In this document: positions 29,579 through 37,872 of the stretch, piece by piece
Layout: the number at the start of each line of letters is the position of its first letter
Position numbering within the stretch: position 1 is the first letter of the stretch
Source of the DNA: an uncultured Candidatus Saccharibacteria bacterium
GTDB taxonomy: Bacteria; Patescibacteriota; WWE3; UBA101185; UBA10185
NCBI GenBank assembly: GCA_964490125.1
Contig: CAZBAJ010000002.1
Location: 23,011 to 87,010 of the forward strand
Direction of reading: 5' to 3'
Length of the DNA: 64,000 bases
Program-made: the position numbers and the translations under genes
Notes under the pieces: generated by a model
Seen by the model: only the letters and a program-made list of their open reading frames with translations
What the model was told of the DNA's origin: nothing
Databases searched by the model: none

Positions 29579-30157
29579 TCATGCAGAGAATCGTAAAGAA
29601 TCTGCAACAAGCTCCCTCATTTCGTTTGGCACATGATTATATACATTGCTTTGGAAATCCGATCTTTTCGTACCTGCTGAAGAGAAGGCATCGGTAGCCT
29701 CAGTGTCGGGTTCGTATCTCACAACTTCTAACTGGGCTACGCCCTCCCTTTTTAACGCGTACACCGCTAAGCCAGTCAAAAGTGCGCCAAACGGATCACT
29801 TTCGCAGGCAAAACCATCGCCAGAGGAACCCGCCCCATCTAATTTTCCAAATTCAGTTGGAGCTTTATGGTTTCTTGTAGTTCCGCACACCGCTTTGCCT
29901 CTTCTGCGGTCTAAACCCACATCCATGTAAGCAATCACCTTAGAATCTTCCGTTATTACAAACAGTTGCCTTAAACCGTTTTCTGCTTGATAAATTCGTG
30001 AAGAAGCAAAAGCACGACGATTGGGAATCAGTAAAATTACAAGTCCGCCATTTCCCTTCGCCAGAGGTGCTATCCGATCGCTTATTTTTTGTTCTAACAA
30101 TTTTATGCGGGTTTCTTCAGACTCGTCGTGCGTTGGAAATTGTCCTGGTTTTCCCAT
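29579..30157 (-). CDS. Hypothetical protein
   Basis: 192-aa ORF with TAGAAT-6-ATG upstream. Confidence 0.6.
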   Translation of the reverse strand: MGKPGQFPTHDESEETRIKLLEQKISDRIAPLAKGNGGLVILLIPNRRAFASSRIYQAENGLRQLFVITEDSKVIAYMDVGLDRRRGKAVCGTTRNHKAPTEFGKLDGAGSSGDGFACESDPFGALLTGLAVYALKREGVAQLEVVRYEPDTEATDAFSSAGTKRSDFQSNVYNHVPNEMRELVADSLRFSA

Positions 30158-30192
30158 GTCGACATTCTACTACAAATTGGTATACTTTGCCC

Positions 30193-30642
30193 ATGCTTCT
30201 TGCAAAGAATAAAAAAGCCACATTTGAATACGAGGTTTTGGACAAATACACCGCGGGGCTGGTGCTTTATGGGCATGAGGTTAAGTCGGTGCGAGAGGGT
30301 AATGTCAATTTTGAGGGCTCTTTGGTGACGGTTTTGCACGGGGAGGCGTTTGTGGTCAACTTGCATATTGGGCGCTATTCCCACCAAAGTCAAAAATATA
30401 ATGAAAAAGAGGCAAAGCGCACACGAAAATTGCTACTTAATAAAAAAGAGGTTTTAAAACTGGCGCAGGCAATTAGTCTAAAAGGACGATTTGCGGTGCC
30501 GTTAGCCTTGATTTTGCAACATAATCTGGTAAAATTAGAGCTGGGTGTGGTTAGAAGCAAAAAGCAGTACGAAAAAAAGCAGGTTTTAATAGAGCGACAA
30601 ATTGAGCGCGACTTGGACAGAGTTCGTAAGGACGGAATCTAG
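30193..30642 (+). CDS. smpB: SsrA-binding protein
   Basis: NKKATFEY, AGLVLYGHEVKSVR, RTRKLLLNKKE; TATACT-6-ATG start. Confidence 0.97.
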   Translation: MLLAKNKKATFEYEVLDKYTAGLVLYGHEVKSVREGNVNFEGSLVTVLHGEAFVVNLHIGRYSHQSQKYNEKEAKRTRKLLLNKKEVLKLAQAISLKGRFAVPLALILQHNLVKLELGVVRSKKQYEKKQVLIERQIERDLDRVRKDGI

Positions 30643-30722
30643 TAAGTTTAAGTGGTTGACGGTTTTGGAGCGGATTTTAATGTCGCACGGACTTCTTACT
30701 TTGTCGCCCAGCACTTTAACAA

Positions 30723-31164
30723 GGGGATGAACGGTTTTGACTAGCTTTTCTTTTTTACGCCGGCAAGCCAAAGGCGCTGGTATTTTGTGAGGCTAACGCC
30801 TCCCGTCATCGCTAAAGCGCTGACGGTAAGCCCAGCAAACCAAAAATGCAGATAATGATGCATTCGAGTACGCTTATGCAGACGCGGTTTACGAACCAGC
30901 TTACGCCTAAGCTATCCGCCTTCGGCGGACTCGGATCCTAGGAAGTTGCGTCCGGAAGGCTTCTTGTGGGTCTTATTAAACCGGAATGCGGATGTTTGGC
31001 GTGGTCGACTAAATGTCCAAGAGGGCAAACCTTAAAAACTTGACCTTAAAAAGGGTTTGTGCGTGCCAGAGCGCCTCCTTTTGAAATTACTCTCCGGCTA
31101 AGCTTGTAATACTTGCGCATTAAAGAAAGTTAGAACGGGAGTTCGATTCTCCCCATCTCCACCA
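30723..31164 (+). ncRNA. ssrA: tmRNA
   Basis: 5' GGGGATG pairs with 3' CATCTCC-ACCA with G3.U; T-arm GGGAG-TTCGATT-CTCCC; tag ORF 30848-30910 ADNDAFEYAYADAVYEPAYA-stop; follows smpB. Confidence 0.95.
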
Positions 31165-31189
31165 CCAACCGAATACTACCCGTAACAGG

Positions 31190-31240
31190 TGTAAACTGCA
31201 GTTGACAAAAAGTGGCTATAAGTGTAAACTCCACTTTACA
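31190..31240 (+). promoter_or_regulatory. sigma70 promoter with twin palindromic operators
   Basis: TTGACA(31202)-17-TAAACT(31225); TGTAAACTGCAGTTGACA 31190-31207 and TGTAAACTCCACTTTACA 31223-31240. Confidence 0.75.
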
Positions 31241-31242
31241 CT

Positions 31243-32460
31243 ATGGTACAACTACAACGGCTCATAGAGCTCCAAACAGAATTAGCAGAAAAGCTACCGT
31301 ACACCAAAAAGCGGTACCTTTTTACCCAAATAGATTGGACACAAAAAGGTCTGGCTATAACCGGTGCAAGGGGGGTGGGCAAAACAACCCTGCTTTTACA
31401 ACATTACAAAGATGCATATAACGATCCCAAAAAATGTTTGTATGTGGTTGGCGACGATATTGATGTGGTGAATCTAAAGCTTATAGAAATAGCAGATACT
31501 TTTTACAAATCGGGCGGTAAATGTTTAATTATAGACGAGGTTCATAAGTACCCAAACTGGTCGCAAGAATTAAAAAATATTTACGACAGGTATCCGGATT
31601 TGCAACTTATAGTTTCCGGAAGCTCAACTTTAGAAATAAATAAAGGCAAGTACGATCTTTCCAGAAGAGTGGTTTCTTATTACCTTCACGGGCTTTCTTT
31701 TAGGGAGTTTATCTCTTTTCAGGTGGACAAAGAATTTGAGGTCGCGTCTCTGCAAGATGTTGTTAAAAATCATGTGGAGTTGTCAATCAAAATAAAAAAA
31801 GAGCTGGGCGACAATAAAATACTGGGTTTGTTTAGTAAGTACTTAACTTACGGCTATTTTCCTTATTACCAAGAGGGAACAGACACCTTTAATTCAAAAC
31901 TGGTAAATTCGTTAAATAAAGTGATGTACGAGGATATTCCGGTGAGTTTTGGTCTTAAAGTTGCATCCGTACCAAGTCTACAAAAGCTTGTGGCTTTGGT
32001 GGCGGGAATTAAGCCGTTTATGGTGGACATTACCAGAATAGCAAGTTCTGTGGGAATTTCTCGCGAGTATGTTAGTTTGTATATAGATTATCTGGAAAAA
32101 GCAGGCGTTTTGTTAGGTTTGCGTAGTGCTTTATATGGACACGCTTCCGTGCGAAAGCCGGAAAAGCTTTATATTAACAATACAAACTTGTACCTAGCAA
32201 TAAATAACGTCGATATAAATCAGGAAAATGTAGGCATGCTTAGGGAAGTTTTTGTGGCAAATCAGCTGATTAGTACTCACAATGTCACCAGTCCCGGCGA
32301 GTCGGATTTTGAGGCTGACAAGCTTACTTTTGAAGTAGGCGGTAAGAGTAAGTTAAACAAGTTGGGAAATTACACAGAAAGTACCTACTTTTTAATTGAC
32401 GACATAGAAAACGGTAACAACAACATAATTCCTCTGTATTTGCTGGGTTTCTTGTATTAA
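31243..32460 (+). CDS. AAA_14/DUF4143 ATPase, paralog of 3122
   Basis: [44 protein letters not shown]. Confidence 0.92.
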   Translation: MVQLQRLIELQTELAEKLPYTKKRYLFTQIDWTQKGLAITGARGVGKTTLLLQHYKDAYNDPKKCLYVVGDDIDVVNLKLIEIADTFYKSGGKCLIIDEVHKYPNWSQELKNIYDRYPDLQLIVSGSSTLEINKGKYDLSRRVVSYYLHGLSFREFISFQVDKEFEVASLQDVVKNHVELSIKIKKELGDNKILGLFSKYLTYGYFPYYQEGTDTFNSKLVNSLNKVMYEDIPVSFGLKVASVPSLQKLVALVAGIKPFMVDITRIASSVGISREYVSLYIDYLEKAGVLLGLRSALYGHASVRKPEKLYINNTNLYLAINNVDINQENVGMLREVFVANQLISTHNVTSPGESDFEADKLTFEVGGKSKLNKLGNYTESTYFLIDDIENGNNNIIPLYLLGFLY

Positions 32461-32816
32461 TTAGGAATTTACCCCCTAGTCTTGTCATTCCCAGTGACAC
32501 ATTTACCCGGTAAGTTTGGCAAAAACCTGCACAAACCGGTGGGTAGATTTGCCACTAATCATATATAAGGCTTTACTGCGCCAAATTCTAATAAAACTAG
32601 ATGTCAAGAGGTTGACGGATTTCGCGCGCCAAAGTATAACAACTATGGGATACGACTCTATATATAACTATGGGTTGCAGTAGGCTTCGGGGTTACTGTA
32701 ACGGTGTTAAGATGTATGTGGGAAAAGTCTGAATAAGTCCAGCAAGCCAGAAAACCGAGCGGATTTGGTATGTTGGGTACATCGCGCAAACTGGTTAAAT
32801 TACAAGCGAATGTTTT

Positions 32817-33557
32817 ATGGAGACCTTACTTACTACTATTTTTGGTGAAAAATGCTTTTTTTGCGGACGACCTGGACGGATAATTTGTTACGGTTGCGAG
32901 TCTAGCATCAAGCTTGCTAAGAATGGGGTTTGCATAGTCTGTCAGCAACCCAGCGTGATGGGTTTTACCCACCGGCAATGTAACAAGTCGGCTTTGATTC
33001 CAAGTCAACTATGCTGTGTTTACAATTACGACGGTATAGTCGCCCAGATTATTAAAAAGTCAAAATATAATCCCAAAAGGTTTGCGCTACTCCGACTTTT
33101 AAGCGCCAGTGGGGCAAAGCAGGCCTCTAAATTAGGCTTTGATTTTACGGGCTTTACGGTTGTGCCAATACCAATTTCTAAAATGCGGGAAAAAGAGCGG
33201 GGTTTCAATCAGGCGGAGTTTATTGCCAAGGCGGTGGCTAAGGAATTTGGCTTGGCAACGGACTTTTCTATTCTGGTTAGAATTCGTGATACTACCAAGC
33301 AACACGGGCTACATAAGGACGAGCGGGCGCAAAATATTGCTGGGGCTTTTGCGGTTGCTAGAGGGTCGTTTGGTCAAAAGTCGTCAGGTGGTGAAACAGA
33401 TGCGGGGGTGAGTGGGTACAAGGGTTTAGGTGGCGGTAAATTTCTGCTGGTGGACGACATTTGTACTACGGGCTCAACCTTGATTTCTGCTTCCTCTGCT
33501 CTGTACTGCGCCGGAGCTAAAGATGTTAGGTGTCTAACCCTGTCGCGCAAGCTTTAG
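32817..33557 (+). CDS. comF: ComF family competence protein
   Basis: CxxC zinc ribbons, RGFNQA, LLVDDICTTGSTL. Confidence 0.93.
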   Translation: METLLTTIFGEKCFFCGRPGRIICYGCESSIKLAKNGVCIVCQQPSVMGFTHRQCNKSALIPSQLCCVYNYDGIVAQIIKKSKYNPKRFALLRLLSASGAKQASKLGFDFTGFTVVPIPISKMREKERGFNQAEFIAKAVAKEFGLATDFSILVRIRDTTKQHGLHKDERAQNIAGAFAVARGSFGQKSSGGETDAGVSGYKGLGGGKFLLVDDICTTGSTLISASSALYCAGAKDVRCLTLSRKL

Positions 33558-33563
33558 CTAAAT

Positions 33564-33621
33564 TGACCGCAAAACCGGTTTAGCGATCACTTGACTGACC
33601 GCAAAACGGGTTTTATACTCA
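33564..33621 (+). promoter_or_regulatory. sigma70 promoter with twin operators
   Basis: TTGACT(33591)-17-TATACT(33614); near-palindrome TGACCGCAAAACCGGTTTAGCGATCA 33564-33589 and a copy from 33596. Confidence 0.75.
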
Positions 33622-33623
33622 AA

Positions 33624-33750
33624 GAGTACAGCAAACCACCGCAGGTGGTGCTGATAATCAACGGGTACAGCTAGCCAAGGCAAGTGGCGCTGATATTCGA
33701 AGAATACAGCAAGCCACTGTAAGTGGCGCTGATAATCAATGAGTACAGTA
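33624..33750 (+). repeat. Tandem array of about 3.3 imperfect 39-nt hairpin repeats
   Basis: Units start 33624, 33663, 33702, 33741; consensus near GAGTACAGCAAGCCACnGCAAGTGGCGCTGATAATCAAn. Confidence 0.9.
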
Positions 33751-33754
33751 AAAT

Positions 33755-35116
33755 ATGCAAACGAACAGATTAGAGATTACAGAAAAATATAACCAGCAAA
33801 GGCAAAAATTTTTGGATTTGGAATTAGGCGTGCCTAGGGAAGTAACGGAGACCGTTTTATCCAAGCTGGAACAGGATAATGTAACTATCCTTACGGGTTT
33901 AAGGCGGGTTGGCAAAACAACGGTTATGCGTCAATTAGCCCAACGCTTGTTAGAAAGCGGGGTGCAGAATACAAACATCCACTTTTTTTCTTTTGACGAT
34001 GTTTCTACCAGAAATGTCGATTTTTTAGACGGTTTGTTGGTCTACTTGCTAGAAAATCAGCCCAAGGAAAAGGTGTATATTTTTTTGGACGAAATTCAGT
34101 ATATAGAGGATTGGCAGGGTACCGTCAAAAAATATTATGACTTTTATAAAGGTGTAAAAATTGTTATCTCGGGATCGTCCTCCGTATTTATTAAAAACAA
34201 GATGGCGGACAGTTTGGCAGGCAGAACCTACGAGTTTTATATTACGCCCCTAAATTTTAAAGAATACCTTTCTATTTTTGAAGGGGTGAATCAAAGCTTT
34301 TTTAACCTGGGCGACTTTTTAGCTAACCCAACAAGCCAAAGTTTTAGAGAAATCGAATCGGTGTGGGCGGAAAAATCAGCGGTTTTAACACGGCAGTTTT
34401 ATAACTACCTGTCCTTTGGTCAATTTCCGGAATGTGCCAAACTCACGGAGCTGGAAGACAGGTATAAGTACATAAATTCCGGTATTTACACAAAACTTTT
34501 GGAAACGGACTTGCCGGATATTTACGGTATTACCAACATTTTTGAATTTAAGCGACTTTTTGAGGTGTTAATTATGGAAACTGGCGACTATTTTGAGGTC
34601 GACAAGTTTTCCGGGGAAATCGAGCTTGCTAAAAACACCGTTAAAAGATACTTGGATGTTTTGGTGCAAGGATTTTTGGTTGGGGATGTAAAGTCGTTTA
34701 ACAAGTCGTTAAGGAAAGCCGGCAGATCCAAACAAAAGTACTATGTAGGTTCGCCTAATTTTTACACAGCTTTTGCCGGTTTGCGCGGGGACAGTATGGT
34801 GAGTGGTTTGTATGGCAAGGTTTTTGAGACTTATGTATTTTGGCTCATGAGACGACTTTACAACTATTTATTTTTTTATTATAAGGACAAGGATGAAGTG
34901 GACTTTTTGGGGACTGATAATCCGCTGTTTAAAAACTTGACGGTGGTGGAGGCTAAATTTGTAAGTAGGGTTGATTCCCAGGATTTTAGAGTAGTTAAAT
35001 CGCTAATGCTAAAAAAGGATATTAAAAACGCTTTTATTTTGAGTTTGGATTGTAGATTTTTTGACTTGGAGGACGGCAGGCGGATTTGGGCATTACCCGC
35101 TCCGGTTTTTGGTTAA
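33755..35116 (+). CDS. AAA_14/DUF4143 ATPase with PD-(D/E)xK-like C-terminus
   Basis: GLRRVGKTT, FLDEIQ, SGSS, LAGR, EVDF...VEAK. Confidence 0.92.
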   Translation: MQTNRLEITEKYNQQRQKFLDLELGVPREVTETVLSKLEQDNVTILTGLRRVGKTTVMRQLAQRLLESGVQNTNIHFFSFDDVSTRNVDFLDGLLVYLLENQPKEKVYIFLDEIQYIEDWQGTVKKYYDFYKGVKIVISGSSSVFIKNKMADSLAGRTYEFYITPLNFKEYLSIFEGVNQSFFNLGDFLANPTSQSFREIESVWAEKSAVLTRQFYNYLSFGQFPECAKLTELEDRYKYINSGIYTKLLETDLPDIYGITNIFEFKRLFEVLIMETGDYFEVDKFSGEIELAKNTVKRYLDVLVQGFLVGDVKSFNKSLRKAGRSKQKYYVGSPNFYTAFAGLRGDSMVSGLYGKVFETYVFWLMRRLYNYLFFYYKDKDEVDFLGTDNPLFKNLTVVEAKFVSRVDSQDFRVVKSLMLKKDIKNAFILSLDCRFFDLEDGRRIWALPAPVFG

Positions 35117-35190
35117 GACTCTCTTGTTTTTGGAAAACTCCTTCCTACTTTTTATTGTTAAAATCTATAACAGCAGTTAAAATGATCACC

Positions 35191-35892
35191 ATGTACAAAT
35201 ACTTTAGAGTTAGTGTAACGGTACCTGCCTACAACGAAGCGCAGTTTATAAAAAAAGTTCTAAAAGGGTTTCCTAATTGGGTTGATAATATTGTGGTTGT
35301 TGACGATTGTAGTACGGATGGAACATATAGCAATGTATTAGCTGTTGCTAGGGAGGATAGAAGGATCCACCCCATCAGATCTTTTGAAAATCAAGGTGTT
35401 GGTGGTTCCGTGATGTTGGGGCATGAGAAAGGCATAGAATATGGAGCCGATATCCTCGTTGTTATGGCGGGAGACGGTCAAATGAATCCGGCGTTTCTTC
35501 CCTTATTGTTGGATGAAATCGTGGAAACGGGTTGTGCCTATGTTAAAGGTAATAGATTTCTGAATATCGGTAGTCTAAAAGCCATGCCTCCGTTTAGAAT
35601 TGTCGGCAATGCGTTCATGACATTTCTCACAAGAATCCTAATTAACAACCTCGCCATTGGCGATCCGTTAAACGGTTATACAGCTATTAATGCGGGGGTT
35701 TATAAATCTTTAGATAAAACAAGAATCGGCAGGAGATATGATTTTGAAATCTCACTACTTATAGAATTGGCGAGGTTTGGTTACAAGGTTAGGGATGTGT
35801 ATATACCGGCTGTTTACGGTAAGGAAAAATCGGATATTAACTGGCTAAAGGATACCTTTATGATAATGAAGAAGCTTGTGTTTACAAGATAA
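35191..35892 (+). CDS. Glycosyltransferase family 2 (DPM1-like)
   Basis: VPAYNE, VVDDCSTDGT, MAGDGQM; TAAAAT-7-ATG start. Confidence 0.92.
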   Translation: MYKYFRVSVTVPAYNEAQFIKKVLKGFPNWVDNIVVVDDCSTDGTYSNVLAVAREDRRIHPIRSFENQGVGGSVMLGHEKGIEYGADILVVMAGDGQMNPAFLPLLLDEIVETGCAYVKGNRFLNIGSLKAMPPFRIVGNAFMTFLTRILINNLAIGDPLNGYTAINAGVYKSLDKTRIGRRYDFEISLLIELARFGYKVRDVYIPAVYGKEKSDINWLKDTFMIMKKLVFTR

Positions 35893-35928
35893 AGCGGTTT
35901 TTACTTACTGATAGATTGACAGAACGAG

Positions 35929-37725
35929 ATGCTGAAAAAGTTAGCTACATACTTCCAAGAGCTCAAAGGCGATCGCAGGCAGACCATCTTTGTAATCGTG
36001 CTGATGTGTTCGTATTTTTCGTACTGTGTAACTAGGACCGTATACGAACCGGATTTTATTGTTGGCTGGTTTGGTGGCGTTTACTTTGGTGTATGCGCCT
36101 TAAACCATACTAGGTTTTCAAAGTTTATTAGAAGGTACACCAAAGTCGTGTTGGTTTTTTTAACGATCGCCTTTTTTTTCTACTCCGCATTCTATTATAG
36201 AACAAACTCTTGGGACGGTGGGAATCTTTATTACCGTAACGCATTTTTGGTGAAGGAGAAAGGTCACTCTGCTGTATTACAGGGCGCGATATATCCTTAT
36301 TTTAGCGAGTTGTTTCTAGGTTTAATAGGCAGAATTTTTAATGATAATTTTATGTTTTTTATGTTTGGGTTAGCCTCTGTAATTTGTATTTACTCAAGCT
36401 ATCTAATATACAAAAGACTTTCACTGTCCCCTTTTGTTACTAGATACGCCCTTTTGATCTTCATAACCTCCCCAACATTTATTATGCTTTCTCTTCACGA
36501 ATTCAAAGTAGAGCTGTTCTTACTTCTTTTATACAATTTTTTTACATTGCAACTTATCTCGTGTATTCAACATCCGAGTACAAGAAACATCATAATTCTA
36601 GGTTTGTTGGCTTCTTTTAGTTTTTTAACTAAAGTGTCTGTCCTTCCTCTAATAATTATCAGTCCCTGTTTTTTGTTAATCGTGAAAATTGTCCGAAAAG
36701 AATTGATTACAAAAAAGGCGATCTTACACCTTGCCACATTTTCTCTAGCTGTATGTTTGCCGATATTTCTTTGGGTTTTGTACACGCCTACCCTTCTGCC
36801 TATAATTGGGGTTTTGCACCCTCGTTCCACAGGCACAAATGTTCAATTTACTGATTTAGAAAGAGATAGTGGGATACTCGCGGAATGTCGTAATCAGGAG
36901 CGATACCGCGACCTATCTGGTTGGATTTTTTATAAAAACGAGCTTTGGTTGCTAATCCAACCGATTCAGTACTTCTTATTTGTAGGTTTAGAGAGGGGAC
37001 AATTTGTTTTTCATACTGGAAATCCCGGTCCTTATATTTATCTTGGGATATGGTTAACGCCTTTAGTGGCATATCTTTTCTATATGGGCAAAAAGTACAA
37101 GCAATGGACAATTTTTGCTTCCTCTATTCCTTTTATTATTGCAATTTACTACTTATCAAAAGGTGTTTTCTGGTATTATTTTCCGATTTATCCGATTTTG
37201 GCAGCTGTTATCCCGTTTCTGGCCGAACGGTATATTAATACACGGTTTGCAACCAGTGTGTTTAAGGTTACCGTGCTATCCTTAGCGTTTACTCATGTAC
37301 TTTGGGGTTTTGGTGCCGGCATTACTCTTTTTGGCACCTTCGGATTCAACAGTAGCCTAGAAACCAGCAGTCCCGTAATTTGGAATTTAAGCAAAACCGC
37401 CCAAAACTTACCAGCCGATTTTTTCATAATGGATGCTACCCAACACCAATTTATTACATTTTTACCTTTTATGAATAACTACGACACTAGGATCGTGCGA
37501 AGCGACTTTTATTTTGCTAGTTCTAAGAAAAACATCGACGATATGCGACAAGAGTTACTCGTTAAAAACATCAAGTACATAATTGCCAGAAAATCTACTT
37601 TGTTTAACAGTTGGTATGCGGGTTGTCCGCTTCGAAACAACGAAATTCTTTTTCAGTTTTTAGAAAAACATACCAAAATGATTTACGATTCTATTTATGT
37701 CGGCGAAATTTACGAAGTTATCTAG
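35929..37725 (+). CDS. Polytopic membrane protein, probable GT-C (ArnT/PMT-like) glycosyltransferase
   Basis: Many TMs, WDG..YY, LTK motif; adjacent to GT2. Confidence 0.65.
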   Translation: MLKKLATYFQELKGDRRQTIFVIVLMCSYFSYCVTRTVYEPDFIVGWFGGVYFGVCALNHTRFSKFIRRYTKVVLVFLTIAFFFYSAFYYRTNSWDGGNLYYRNAFLVKEKGHSAVLQGAIYPYFSELFLGLIGRIFNDNFMFFMFGLASVICIYSSYLIYKRLSLSPFVTRYALLIFITSPTFIMLSLHEFKVELFLLLLYNFFTLQLISCIQHPSTRNIIILGLLASFSFLTKVSVLPLIIISPCFLLIVKIVRKELITKKAILHLATFSLAVCLPIFLWVLYTPTLLPIIGVLHPRSTGTNVQFTDLERDSGILAECRNQERYRDLSGWIFYKNELWLLIQPIQYFLFVGLERGQFVFHTGNPGPYIYLGIWLTPLVAYLFYMGKKYKQWTIFASSIPFIIAIYYLSKGVFWYYFPIYPILAAVIPFLAERYINTRFATSVFKVTVLSLAFTHVLWGFGAGITLFGTFGFNSSLETSSPVIWNLSKTAQNLPADFFIMDATQHQFITFLPFMNNYDTRIVRSDFYFASSKKNIDDMRQELLVKNIKYIIARKSTLFNSWYAGCPLRNNEILFQFLEKHTKMIYDSIYVGEIYEVI

Positions 37726-37768
37726 CAACAATAAGGTATAATATCAGAGTTGCGCGGTTAGGTGGTAT

Positions 37769-37844
37769 GCCAACATAGCTCAGTGGTTAGAGCGGGCGTT
37801 TCATAAGCGCTAGGTCGCAGGTCCGACTCCTGCTGTTGGCACCA
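37769..37844 (+). tRNA. tRNA with CAU anticodon (elongator Met, or Ile2)
   Basis: GCCAACA/TGTTGGC acceptor stem, encoded ACCA, anticodon loop TTCATAA; G1-C72 paired, so not initiator. Confidence 0.92.
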
Positions 37845-37872
37845 AGATTAAACATAAGAAAAGGAGTCAAAA

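Noticed and set aside
33624-33750. CRISPR array
   Set aside because: Units are contiguous with no unique spacers, and no cas genes are in the window.
31150-37844. Integrated island between tmRNA and tRNA
   Set aside because: No integrase, no duplicated tmRNA or tRNA 3' end found, and the interval includes comF.
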